In this document: piece after piece, positions 46,049-58,817 of the stretch
How positions within the stretch are numbered: the stretch's first letter is position 1
How the letters are laid out: every line of letters begins with the position of its first letter
From: Zygnema circumcarinatum SAG 698-1b
Lineage: Eukaryota > Plantae > Zygnematophyceae
Length of the DNA stretch: 64,000 bases
Reading direction: 5' to 3'
Assembly: GCA_037447605.1 (NCBI GenBank)
Contig: CM074808.1
Span: 2,170,001 to 2,234,000, forward strand
Notes under the pieces: generated by a model
What the model saw: only the letters and a program-made list of their open reading frames with translations
Databases searched by the model: none
Told to the model about the DNA's origin: nothing
Made by a program: the position numbers and the translations under genes

Positions 46049-49000
46049 ATGGCGGGCGACAGCGTGCTCGCGTCGGTGAAGGCGAAGTACAAGGCCGGAG
46101 GGAAGGGCGCGGGGGTGGAGGGAGTGCTGCTTATGGTGCGCTACGGACATGGCCTGCCTGCCTGCACTGCCTCTACTCGCTCTTGATGTTTGGCTTTTAG
46201 GGTTGGGGTTATGGCATCGCCGTATCACTCTGAATTCCTCAGCCAGCGGTATGATGTGCTGTGTTGCGGCTGCATTGCTGAGGGCTTACCTGACCGATGA
46301 GTCACTCCTCGTCCTTTCTCAGAAACGAGGTGGTTTCACTTGGACACCTAATGATCCACGCGCAGCACAAAGTCTGAATGTGGATTTCAGCACCATCAAA
46401 TGTGAGTAAAGCTCAATAACCACTGGTGAATTGGAGCTCATTTGCTCATTCTCTTTTCCTCCCGTCCAATGTCTGTTCAAGGTCTACTTTGTTGTTGCAA
46501 TTTCGTTGTTCGTGCGGATAGAAAAAGCTGGCAATTTTTTCTCTCCCTTTTTGCTGTGAATTTTTTTCTCCGTTTCATATGAAAGGCCGCGAAGTATAGG
46601 CCGTTTCGTAGTACTAAACTGTACATGTTTCTCTCCAATTGAGAGTGACTTCATAATCTGCACAGACCAATATTTAAGAACAATGACGACATGGCAATGT
46701 TGGCGTGCTCGCAGCTCATCGGTGGAGTAAAGAAACGCCCACTGCTACAAGTGCGTTGCTCAAGTTTGGCGTTGACCCCGACCCCGCTGTTAGTCCTCTG
46801 CCTGCCATTCTATTCTTGTTATATTCTGCAACTACTTGTGCATTTGATGCGAGAATTAGATTCCACGGATTATGTCCGTCCTATTTGTGAAAGTCAGACT
46901 AGGACACTTGCGCAATGTGGGTAGGTGGTCATGTATTCCACATATTGCGTGCATCCATATCGCTAGTATTAATGACATTCTGTTGCAAGTGTTGACCTGA
47001 TTTAACCCTGCAATGCACAGGATGCTAAGCTTCGGGCATTTCGCCTCTTCAGGTGGAAGGTGGTTATATCTTCGTCTTTTCATCTTTCAAGGATCGTGAT
47101 AAATGTCGAGACATTTATGGTAATTTTGCGAACAACTCTGAGGTTCACTGGAAAACGATTGTAAGCATCCTAAAGGATTGCCACACTCCCTTTTTTAACC
47201 AAGGAATGATAAGACTTCTGATGACTTTCGACATATGACATCACTGTGGTGTATTTTCCACGTTAAAAAAGCGTCATTACAGCAGCCAAGTTGTCTATTT
47301 TTACTGAAGCTGGTAGTGCCTTGTTAGCAAAGGATTGACGAGTTCTTTCACAGAAAGCTCAGCTTGAGCATCCTTAGTTACATTTTGGGGGGTTAAATAT
47401 AACCGGTTGGGTACCCTTTTCTTGAGAATTGTAAACGCCATGTTGCATTTGATACGTCATCATTTTCAATGTTATCGCTGATCGATGCGGTAGAGTCATA
47501 AAAAATTCACACTGAAAATAGCCATGGCATTGCTGGTGCTGCAGCGTCATATCAACAGAGTCAGGGAAAAACTATGGGGAGTGCAGCCCCTTCTCAGGCT
47601 GCAAATACACCTCCCAAACCTGCACCGGTAGTCAGGGCAGTTGAGGGTGCTCAGCTGGACCCTGCGGAGATGCAGCTCCGTCAACAGCTTTTGCAGAGTG
47701 ATCTGTGAGTTAGCATCCTAGGGAATCTTCACAATTGGGATGGTGGCAACTTTCACAGGGCGCTTTCAAGCTGACAGTCACAGGAAGTAAATGCTGTCAA
47801 GCATTTGGAAATATTTCAACTTTGTTTTCAATCCTCTCTTCAGCGGTAGGCCAGTGACGATTAAGCTTGGGAAGTCAATTTGCTGCTAAGGCTGTGCTGC
47901 TTGACTTGCCTGCATGCCTGAGGCTTGGATGTGCGTGTGAGGATGAGGGAACAGCAACTTGCGGAGACTGCACCAGGATTTGGTCATCAACGGCATTCTG
48001 AAGGAGGAAGAGTTTTGGGCAACACGCAAAGTGAGCTGCCTTGCAGTAGAAATGCAATTAACCAAAAAACAATGGAGACCTGACAATTGAAGGGGATAGG
48101 AAGAAGTCGATGAGCTTGTAGATTTTCAGTGCCCTAGGGGAGTATCCGGTGAGGTGGAAATTGAGTAGCCGTGGTGAGGAAGGTTAGATGGGGAAGATAA
48201 TGGAAGGAGGGAGGAAGGAGTCAGTTTGCCACAATCCTTTGGAGCTTCCTTATGTTGAGCTCTCATTTCTTCCTTCGGTGTAGGCAGCGTTTCCTGAATT
48301 TGTCCTTTGTGACTTCATGCATGTTGAAGTGGCGCAGGAGTTGCTAGATGGTGAGATGAAGCGGAAAAAGCGCCAAAGGACAGGAATTGCGTCTGCCATG
48401 CTGGCGGATGTGAGGCCTGTCATGGATGGCCGGGTGAGCTTTGATAGCTGCATAAGTCCAAAAGCTTTCGAGTCAAACCTATGTCTTCAGACTAGGAAGA
48501 GCTGTGAAAGCAATGTTCCTATCATTGATGCGAGGCTTCAACGGAATTACAGTGCTTGCAAGGTTTGCAGGAGTTTCTGGCGGATATGCAAGCCTGTCAG
48601 GCCTAGGTATCTTCGAATGTATGTGCAGCAGGGATGACTCTGTTAGCTGTTCTAGTCTCACTCAAGCATCCTTCTGTAATAACTTCCTATGAAACCATTT
48701 ACATGCATAGCTGAGGTGTGGGGTGAGAAGGAGATTGTGAGATTGTAGCTGCTGCGCGGTTTTTCTCGCGGCATATATCCAAGATGCCTGCATTTACCGG
48801 AAGCAACGGGCAACATATGTTTGAAGTAGGCTTCGGAGGGTCCACAGGCTTAACGAAAGAGGGATATGTGGGGGTACATGGCAGACTAATACAGTTACAT
48901 TCAGCCTCACACCGGAGATAATAGCGCAGGTGAGCTGTCCCTCCCCATAAGATTTGGCGATAAACATTTGCAATTAACAGCTCTGAAGCTGCTGTAGTTT

Positions 49001-52000
49001 CAATCTTCTGTCCAAGATTAAAGACTGCTGAAAAACTCTCATTTGGTCTTCACCGAGAAAGGCAAGTGAGATTTCCAACTAGATGCTGAAAGCAAAGAGG
49101 GACTGAAATTGACATAAAGGTCAATCTTATTGTTGCTTGTGAGCAGATTTTTGCAGAGAAGCCTGCTGTTCTGAGAGCTTTCTTACATCGCGTGCCAATA
49201 AAGGTGGGTCATGGGTGGGCCATGGACTGAATCCCCTTTTTCTTTCTCGAACAAGTATGTGGTGCCATAGGATGCTGTGCATGCTCCTTTTTTGCATCCC
49301 TGTCATGCAAAACCTCGTGCACATTTGTCATTTCCTTCAAAATAATCAATATATGCGGCACCAGCCATGTCGTTCATCAGTCCTTCATTTTGGTCCAAAA
49401 TGCATGTGCGTTCTGAATGCAGTCTGAGTGGATGCCCCTGACTTGGATAGCTCGCCCTGCATAGTCCTGCAGATGAGTGAGAAAGAATTCTGGACAAAAT
49501 ACTGCCGAGCGGAGTACTTGTTCAGGACAAAGAATTCAGCTGCTGCTGCTGCCGAGGCAGCCGATGATGAGGACCTGGCAATGTTTGTGAATGAGGATAC
49601 GGAATTGGCCGAAGAGTTACGCCATAAGGTAATTCTTTGATGAAATGCTGCTATGTTGTCGCTGTCGTTGCCCTGCCTTTGAGTAATGTTCGGCCTATTT
49701 CATATGGTTTACTGAACTTCATATTTCTCAGCTGAATGAAACGAACTGAATGCATTATTCAGGCTGCTTGCAGATTCGGAGAATCGACCCGACTCTGGAC
49801 ATGGCTGCGGATGACGCCGATGACTACACAACCACCGGCGTAATAAATCTCCCTTACGAGGCTCCCAGAGAGACCATGTTCAGCCTAAACAAACATTTCA
49901 TCTGCAAAAGAGATGCTTCCAGTTTGTTGATCTTCTCTTTCTCAGCCGACTTGCCTATTGGTATCGGTCGCAGTGTCATGGGATTCTGCGAGACGGGGGA
50001 AAAGAGATGCGGGAAGGCGAGAATGGGATAGTCCCCAACAGGCGCACCATTTTCAAAGACATCAACCGCCATGCTGCTGTAGTCCTGCAGGGCCGTATCC
50101 TCGGTCAGTCTGCACTGCCTTCCAGGACAATAACTCTGCCTGTGACACGCTCAGAGAGTAGAACAATCAAACTCAGTCTGTTTGAGGCGGATGGGCCTTT
50201 TGACAGACTGCCCGCCCCTGTCAGGAGGAGGAGTGCATGCAGGGCATCCTGATGGGAGAAGGAGCAAAGGGTGCAGACGACGAAATGGCGGATGCGCGGA
50301 CTGTGGCGACCACTTTGGCTGCACGCGAAGCGGCTTCAGGTCCTCCCACATGCAAATAGCACCGACTGTTTCTCATTCATAGTGTCAGAAAAGGAACTGC
50401 AGAGCAATGTTATCATAGCTTGGTGCCTACTGGAGTCCCTGATTGGACGATTGCAAGATTTTTTTGTCGAAGTTAGGTTCACCATTCTCGGTGTTGGTGT
50501 TGCTAGGCATAGAACTGAGTGTGTGGTGAGTAATGGCTGGCATGACAGGGCAAAGTGAGGCTATAGGGCCCGAGGAGGAGCGGAAACGAGAGGAGAAGTT
50601 GCAGAAAGCAACGGAACTGGATGATCTGCAGGGGTCTGTAGCTCCTGCGGTGGTTCCTTTGCGAATTCAGGTGGGGCCCCTTGCTCGCACAGCTGTTTTT
50701 TGACGTCAGGAGATTTCTTGGCCTTGGAAAAAAAAAAGTTAATGTTTATTTGGACCAGAATTGGAATCTTGTAGAGCCTCGCGTATCTTTCTGTGATAAA
50801 GCTTTTGAGCAACCATGTCGATTTCTGCACTGCCCTTTCTTTGTTCGTTCGTCTGATGACATGATTCTGGGATATTACAGAAGTAACTTCACGTTCTCAC
50901 ACTCAGACCGTGAACCTCTGCAGGACCCCAGAAAGTACTTTGATGTGCAGTCAACAGCAATAGGAGAAGGGCAGCGTTCGGGTGGTTTTAAGAAAGGATT
51001 GGCGCCAAGATTGGCAGCACAGGCGATGAAGGACGAGGCGGTCAAGTTGGGATTGAAGCAGATATTGGACCCGATCATGGCACCTGCGGTTGCTTCCAAG
51101 GTAATCTGCAAAACTCTAGACAACGTCCAAGAAATTCAGTTCGCGTTGATGATAAAGGTTCAGTGAACACATACATGACGAGTGATGTAGGATAATTTGA
51201 TAGAGACTCTCGGATCCTTTTGGTTTAACTCACTGTTCAAGGCGTCAGTTTGATCTAGTCCTCACCCAAAATCTGAATTCTGAACCTGATTGGAACTTAG
51301 AATGGCAACTTAACTAGATTTATCGGCTCAGCCAATCAAATCAGACAGAATCGAGCCATATAAAATACTCTGTCATTTTCGTTCCTTGTCAAATCCAGCT
51401 TTGTCTTTCCTTGGAAGGTTTTTTCCTTGACTCTGTGCTCAATTGAAGAGCACAGCCCTTTCTATTTCCATTCTTTTCTATAACAATGAATGGTTATGGT
51501 GGGAGGTGCAGGTTCTGAAGGACCTGACCCTTAACATGGCAGCCACAATCCAGACAGAGGGCCCTGCAGCAGAAAAGGGGGTCCTGGCACCCCTTCCGGA
51601 CTCCATGCGCAGTGCCATCTTTGCGGTATTCACCAATGCTTAGAAATGAAATGAGTGCTTCTGGAATTGATAGGTCATCGTCAGAGGCAGAAGTAAAACT
51701 GATTCTTGGGGTGCCCAAAAATTGGGGTGGCAGCACGCCGAAGCTGCGAAGGAGCTGCTGAAGCACTTTTGGGGCACGTTCCCTATCACCAGCCAGTCCC
51801 TTCTAGAGAAGGTGGTTTTCTCAACCCTTCAGTCAGCGATACAGGTTAAGGACCAAGCTGCAGGGTAGCTTTTCATTGTGGACCTTTTGTAGGTCTGACA
51901 TTCGTCTATAAGAACAAGCCGCCACCCATAAAGACTACTGACATGGTGCTGAGATCATCTTTCTATTGCAGGCGGAGCGGCACAAGAAGGGTATTGACCT

Positions 52001-52702
52001 CCTTTATGATAGGCTGGAGGTGGGCCCCCGTCAGCCGCCCTGCCCCCCTGCAGCAAGACCAGCAGTGCAGCAGTGGCTTGGAGCAGCTCACCGCTGCCTT
52101 GAGACACATTGACGGCAGAGAGGGGTGTCCGGGGCAGAGGGCCAAAACAGCAGCTCCAAAGGAACACCGCCATATTGTGTCGCAGCTGCTGCAGCCCATG
52201 TTCCAGGTGGGCTCTCTCCCCCCCCCTCCCCGCCGCCCTTCCTCCCTCCCGCACTGAATGGGCATTTGAAAGTTTGAGGCCTAACGTGGTTTGGGATAAG
52301 GTGGTGGTTTGAGAAGAGGGCGTCATGTATTGCTGAATCAATGCCCTGCCACTGTTTTGCTGTACCTTCCAGAGTTGCTATCAACCTTACGCTAATCTCA
52401 GTAGGCATTGAGGACCGCCTGGCTTGTTTGGCTATAGGGAGGACCTGTTTAGCTGATGGCGTGAACATCTTTCGCGCTTCGAGTTTAGTCAGGACCAAAA
52501 CCTCTCCACATGATGTGAATTCATGTGTTTCCAGGCTCAGCAGACAGATAGGTGCCTCTGGCAAAGCTGAATAGACACATGTTGTGCTCCGATGCAGTCC
52601 CTGGATGCGGCATTGGCTCACCATGAGACGGAGGCGCAGAAGCGCTCCCTGAAGATGGCATCAAAGCCACCTGGACCTCTCCTGAACGGGTCGTTGGGGT
52701 AG
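46049..52702 (+). CDS. TFB1: TFIIH subunit p62/TFB1 (PH plus BSD domains), multi-exon (first exon 46049-46135, last 52598-52702)
   Basis: GGYIFVFSSFKDRDKCR, LVINGILKEEEFWATRK, TGIASAMLADVRP, IFAEKPAVLRAFL, MSEKEFWTKYCRAEYLFRTKNSAAAAAEAADDEDLAMF, RRIDPTLDMAAD, IFKDINRHAAVVLQG, ELLKHFW and RHIVSQLLQPMFQ/SLDAALAHHE match plant TFB1/GTF2H1 in order; not every internal boundary was verified. Confidence 0.92.
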
Positions 52703-54519
52703 GCTGCCCTCATTCCTTCACGCACAGTGTTGTGGCTTCTTCGCAGTCGTAGGACATTCTTTTGATCCCTTTGAGAGCATGTACACACCTTAACATACTT
52801 TTTATCCAATTTGACTTTTACCATTTTGGTGAAACGCGATTCACTAATTCCTTGTATTTGGTTCGCCACGGCATTAGCTGTCGCCTGTCACTGCAGCCTA
52901 TTCGTTTTTTTTTTCTTTTCCCTCTTTTTCTTCGTACACATCAGGAGCGTAATGAGACCATCAAGCGCGCTTGGCCTGCATGTCGCATGTGCTTTGCATT
53001 CAAAGGAGCATTTTCTATTCCATGCTCCGACTCTGATACTTGCAACTTTTGCACATGGTCGTTGCAACTTTGCTTGGCGGCTGAACACGCTGATCTAGAG
53101 GAGTCTAGCATCAAGCTTTGTCCACTTTGAAGCGAATCACATCGCCCCTTGTACGCTGTGTAGTGGAGACATGCACTGCTATTCTCTGCGGCCCGGGTCG
53201 AAGGGGGGCGTGGAGAGTTTTGGCATCCAGTTCACCCTGCACAGCAGTCGGTCCTTCTGCATCGCGTACAGTAACTGAGCTGATTCTGCCAAAAAATCCT
53301 CGTTCGAGCTCCTTCGAAGTAGTGCACTGTCTATTCAACTATTTCTGTTCATGTGTAAGGACAGAGGTTGTACTAATTTTAATCAAATATTTTAGTTTCA
53401 GGTAATTGCTGAAAGTATTCTAGAAAACACCGGCGGAGAGATGTGGCGTGCACGAGAATGCTTCAATTGTGCGACTGCAAGTGCCTTGTTGTTGCCTCAA
53501 AGTGTGAACTGTTTTGCGCTAAACCATGAATTCCCGTCCCCCCTCCTCCCTCCCCTCTCCCCCCCTCCCCCTCTCGCTCTCCCTCTTCTCTCTCCCTCTC
53601 CCTCTCCCTCGCCCTCCCCGCCCGTCGCCCGTAGTTTCCTCCCTCCCGTACCGCCGTGTTGTGTCGTGTGACTCGTGTCGTGTCGTGTCTCCCGCTCTCC
53701 CTCTCTCCGCGGTGGCCGACGCAGGTCTCTGCCACGTCAGCCCTAATTTCTTGCCGGCGTGCACGCCGGCTGCCTCGCGAGCTGCGGCGCGCTGTCTGTA
53801 CGATTCCGCAAAACGACACGAACTGTACCGTCAGAAAGAAGCCACTACCGTACGGCACCGTTGTTCCGACGTGGCGGCGTATGATTGGTCGGAGATGACC
53901 TGGCAGATGTCGTGACCAGCCAGGCAGGGGGATGACCACATTGGCCAGGCCGCGTGTTGCTTCTTCTCGCTCGAGCGAGCGAGCGAGCCATGCGCGGCGG
54001 GGTGGTGTGGGGCGTGGCGGCGGCAAGCAGAGGGAGCGCCGCAGCAGCTCGCGGCAACGCAGCTTTGTTGCCTCCGTCCCCGGGTCCCTTCAACCGCCTG
54101 GCTGGCCGGCGGGGCTGCTGCCGCTGCTGCCGTCCGTCCGTCCGTCCGTCCGTCCGTCCGTACGTGCGTGCACATTCGCTGCTGCCATCCATCCATCCAT
54201 CCATCAGCGTGCGCGCGTGTGGTATGCTATGCATTCTGCCGATCCCTCCCCCGCCCCTCCCTCCCTCCTTGCCGCGGTGGACATTGGAATCGAACCGACG
54301 GCCCACCAGGGTACCCGAGGGGCGGACTTGTACGGACACCGCCCATGCCCATGACATGTCCCGCATCCGCATCATGCGCTCGCTGTACGGCGGGCGGGCG
54401 CGAATATGCGCGGTGACCGCGGTGACCGCGGTGACCGCGGTGCCCGCCCAGCGGCACGTCCGGTCGGTGGGTGCGCATCGTCCGTGCCGCCCGGACTCCG
54501 CCGGCCGGCCCCACCCAAC

Positions 54520-55100
54520 GCGCGCCACGTGGCCCGCGCCCGCCAATGGCCGCGCCGCGCCCCCCTCATCCGCTCCTCCCCGCTGGGCCCGTACCGCCGC
54601 CCGCCCGTCCGCCCGCCCGCCCGCCGGCTGGGCCCGTACGGCCGCCCCGCTTGCTAAGGAAAGCCCAGCGCCGCCATGCACGCGCGGGTGACACTCGCCA
54701 CCCGCGCCACGTGGCGGGCCTACGGAGATCTTTCCGGCGCCTGTCACTTGCCAGCCAATGCCCGCCGTCCCGCAGATGCCGGCCTGCGAGCGGGCCATTC
54801 CGCGGCCGCCACGTCTCCCCACCCGTCACGTGGCATAAAGCGTCCCACGAGCCACCAAAATGCGGCGCGTTTCGCGCAATGTCTCCGTCCGTACCGTACG
54901 GCTGCCGCATCAACGCGAATGTGCGGTCGTACGGCGGAGCGGCCGCGCGGCTGGCTCGAGACCGGGCGGCAGGGAATCTGCAACCACGTGGCGGCGATGC
55001 CCTGGCGGCGGTGGTCCACGTGGGCGTGCCGGCCGGTCGCAGCGGGGTGGGGGCAGCCACGTGACGGCGGCGGAGCGGAGGCCCGCCATTGGCCCGCGCG
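54520..55100. promoter_or_regulatory. G-box (CACGTG) cluster upstream of the bHLH gene
   Basis: CACGTG at 54526, 54708, 54827, 54985, 55017, 55058, plus GCCACGTC at 54808 and CCAAT boxes near 54542, 54754 and 55086 (reverse). Confidence 0.7.
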
Positions 55101-55373
55101 CGCCAGCGGCTTGCGGGGCGGACGGACGTGACGGACGGACGGAACGCGGGGGCGCGGCGGTCGCGGGTGCGGGGCCCCTCGCCCCTCCGTCCAGGTGCGG
55201 CGCACGGCGCCGGCGGGTCGCCTGTAGCGCGGGGCTACGGCCGGAGGGAGGAGGCTACAGGCGCGCGCCCGTTTGAGATCGGATGAGGCACGGCAGGGGG
55301 GCAAGGGTGAGACGAGGCGGCGGGCTGGAGGGGGAGGGCCGGAGGGAGGAGGAAGGGAGGACGAGGAGGAGGA

Positions 55374-55421
55374 GGGGCAGGGGCAGGGGCAGGGGCAGGG
55401 GCAGGGGCAGGGGCAGGGGCA
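55374..55421 (+). repeat. (GGGGCA)8 perfect hexamer repeat whose last A is the A of the bHLH ATG
   Basis: Direct reading of 55374-55421. Confidence 0.95.
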
Positions 55422-57123
55422 TGCAGACGGTAGCGCCACGAGCCATAGCCGCAGCGCCTCTTCAGACGGACATGCAGGTGGGCGCGCTGCCCGCGGGGGG
55501 CGGCTTCTCCTTCGGCATGTCGGTGCCGCAGTTCTACCAGCCCGGGTTGGCCTTCTCCTCGCCTGCACACCAGCAAGCGGGGCGGAACGCGGTCAACTCG
55601 TCCCGCACGGGCGTGTGCGCCTCGCGCCACATGGCGGCAGAGCAGAGACGACGTGCTCGCATCAATGAAAGGTACGCTGCGATTGGGGACCTTTTGCCAT
55701 GGCCGCCCTGCCATGTCACCGCCTTAGACCTTCGAACAGTGTCGCCGCTGCCTGCTTCTCGTGAAGTTAGGTTTGGTCACGAGAGCTGGCGGGATCGTCC
55801 TTGAGTTTCTCGACTGACAGTTGGCTTTGCCCGGCTGCAGGCTGGAGGCTCTCCGAACTCTGGTTCCGCACTCCGCCCGCGCCAACACTGCCGCCTTCTT
55901 AACGGAGGTTTTTGACTATATCACAGTCCTTCACAAGCAGCTGGAGAAGCTCGGTGGAGGTGTGATTGATCTAAACATTGCAGCCACGGAGGGAAAGGAA
56001 AGGCGCAAAAGTAGGAAAATGCATCATGCCGCAAAAGCCTCCTCCATCAGTCAAAAGCGTTCTCGCAGCAGCAAGAGTGATGAAGACGACGAAAGCGAGG
56101 TAGAATCTGAGTCAGAAGAAGGAGCTACCTCCCGAGATGTTAGTGAAGAAGATGCAGAACACAAACTTACGTTGAGCACTGTCTCCGTGCCCTCCCTCTT
56201 CGACCCCTCGATAAAGAAAGCTTCTCTATCCGAGAATCGTGCTGACACAACATTTCAAATCACCCAGGCGTCTGACACGAGTCCAAGGGCATATGGGCTG
56301 GAGTCGTCGAGCCGGTCTGCTTTCTCGCCTACTTGCTCCGCTGTTGCGGCTACTGGATCCGCAGCAGGTGGCAACATTGTGGGGGGGGTTGGATCTCTGA
56401 ACCCTAATGGCGACAACGTACAGAAGCGGATCAATTCCTGCGGCACCTGTGACACGCAGATGAATCTTGGAGTTGCGCCTCCGCAGGCTCTGGGCGCAAA
56501 AATCACGTGAGTATTTTAGGAGACTTCTCATGCTAGGCATGCTTCTTTCAGGAAAACTACGAGCTCCAAACTTGGAAATGCTGCATAGTCATGTCGAGTA
56601 AGGTGCTCTCTATTGTGGTTCTTCAACTGACTGCAGCGCTACTCCAGTCCGGGTTGTTGGTGTTCTTTTCCTGCACGTACACTTGTGCAAATCATTTGCT
56701 CGGAGGTTGAGCGACGGCATATGACGCCTCTGTTGTGAGCTCCTGTGCAGGCCGCGAGCCATCCATCCTGCGCCATACTCTCTACTCTCTGCTCTGCATC
56801 CTGGCGCCATGGCGGCTGCGGCAGCGGCCATGGCGGACGCGGCCGTGGCTGCGCAGTCATGGGGGATGGCCGCAGCGGTGGCGCAGGCGCAGGCGCAGGT
56901 GGCGGCGCAAGTGCACGCGCAGGCCATGGCGCAGCAGCAGCAGCAGCAGCAACAGCAACAACAACAACAACAACAGCAACAACAGCAGCGGTCCTGCGTC
57001 GCAGGGGTGGGGACAAGGAAACGCCGCAGGTCGGCACCGTTGGAGAACTGCGCTGCCAACCGTTCGGTATGGCGCTGTCTCTGCTTGCGAGCGGTGAACC
57101 TTGTGGAGTTCTTGCAGTATTAA
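55421..57123 (+). CDS. bHLH transcription factor, BIM-like (subfamily Va-like); exons 55421-55671, 55841-56506, 56751-57123 (3' end uncertain)
   Basis: SRHMAAEQRRRARINERLEALRTLVPHSARANTAAFLTEVFDYITVL resembles BIM SKHSVTEQRRRSKINER...DTASFLLEVIQY; phase-2 introns; donor AC|GTGAGT (56507) joins in frame to the poly-Ala/poly-Gln exon at 56751. An upstream in-frame ATG exists at 55283. Confidence 0.8.
56932..56988 (+). repeat. CAG/CAA repeat encoding Q19 in the bHLH third exon
   Basis: 19 consecutive CAG/CAA codons in frame with the spliced bHLH. Confidence 0.85.
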
Positions 57124-58817
57124 ATGCGTTTGGCAGGCATTGTTATCTTCTGTAGAGCCTTTTTCGTGACTCTTTAGGGTTACTGGTATTGTAGTGGATT
57201 GACTAGTCTTGTTTGTATTTTATGCCCTTCGTTTTCTTGCTTTTGAAGTCGGTTTTGCTTAGCATTCTTCTCCTGGATGCCCGTTCTGGAGGTATTGCGC
57301 ACTTGTTCGAGTGGCAGCGTGAGCACGACCTTGACCCTGGCTGTAGTGATGCGTGCAGGGTGTTGTGAGGCCAATCGCATTGAAGCCGCAACCCTAAAGT
57401 TTTCTACGTTAATCACAATTTTGGCGGAGACATCAGGACAGGAAGCATTTTGGATGAGGATTCAACAGTTTTGCGTGCAGCCCGCCAGAGGCGGCAGCCA
57501 ACCCTTTTGACCGAATGGGAGGAGTTCCCTGCGCAATTTTGCAGAGCAGCTGTTGCCAGCCCGGCCCCATCTGGCCGGGGGCGGCCTGCCGCGGGATTCA
57601 GTACAAATGCATTTTGAGGTGCTACTGCACAAGCAATTTTCATATTGGAGGTTTGCTCCTTTAGGATGTGACTATTCGAGTGTAAAGCAGCCTTTGTAGG
57701 CAAACATTTTTGTAGACCATACGCTGCTGAGTTGGTGTGCAGAGAAGGGAGAGACTACTGTGGCGAATGTTTTTAATTCAGGGAAGTTTTGTGAGCTGCT
57801 ACGTAGGCCTGCGTCCACATTTCGTCATCGCAGAAGATCTGGGAGGGGGCAGAGCAGCAGTGGAGAGGACAATTTTTGTGTGCAGGAGACAGCTTTAATG
57901 GGCTTGTGGAGGCTTTGATTTAAGACCAGGACACGTGCAGGGTTGTGAGAGACGACGGACTTTGGAAGTGAGAGATGTAGAGGGTTTTGGTAGTTCACAT
58001 CGACTTCTGCTGTGAATATTCGAGTTCAGAGAATAAAGTGGTTTTTTTTACCGAAATGTTATGTCCCGATCTGTTTTCTGTTACGGTGATGGTTACCATT
58101 GAAATGGTGATTTTGGAAGCCTGCTTGGACGAATGTGGCTGTGATGGTGCTGACTGACTGCAAGCTGTGCATCTGCTCTTTGCTATTTCGATGCATGTCC
58201 CCACTTTGCAATACCGACCTGCACTGTGGAGAAAGTTGGCGATCTCAATGTTGAAGGGTATGCAAGAAGATGTGCTAGCATCTGCGTGAAGTTCAATGCT
58301 GGGGCCTTCCAGTTTCAGGTGGAAACCGTCTGATCCCTCACCCGAGGGTGAATAACGCTTTGTCATTCCACTTTTTCAGTTGTAGTCCCAACTAACTCCG
58401 AAGGGAGAAGGGTCCGTGATGAAGCCACGCCAACCTAAACTGCAGTAATAGAAAACCCTATTCAGGCAAATGGTTGCTCGTGACTGTACAGCAAATGCTT
58501 GCAAGCGCAAGTGCTTTGTTGAAACCATACAGCAAAGCCGCTCACTCGGACTCTGAGGATCCATGGTCCAAAACGTCCAATGTCTAAAGGAGTTCCCATT
58601 GGGAAACATGTTGGGGGTCATGCACTCACGCCATCGCGGGCAATGCCATGCTCCGCTAAGGGCGCCAAGCGCCAAGAAGACGCGGGGCCGCGCCAGCAGC
58701 GCTGCGCAGAGGGCAATACCGCAAGCGCACTGAAGCAGAGAAGAGGAAGAGTAGAGAAAAGAGAAGAGTAGAGAACGAGGGACGAAGAAGAAGAGTGAAG
58801 GGGGCTTCCGGGGTGCC

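Noticed and set aside
53441-55280. Many 100-325 aa ORFs on both strands
   Set aside because: Very high GC and short repeats suppress stops; no recognisable domains or splice chain; better explained as the bHLH regulatory region.
56610-57059. Minus-strand ORF with a poly-Cys run
   Set aside because: Antisense shadow of the CAG/CAA poly-Q and poly-Ala exon of the bHLH.
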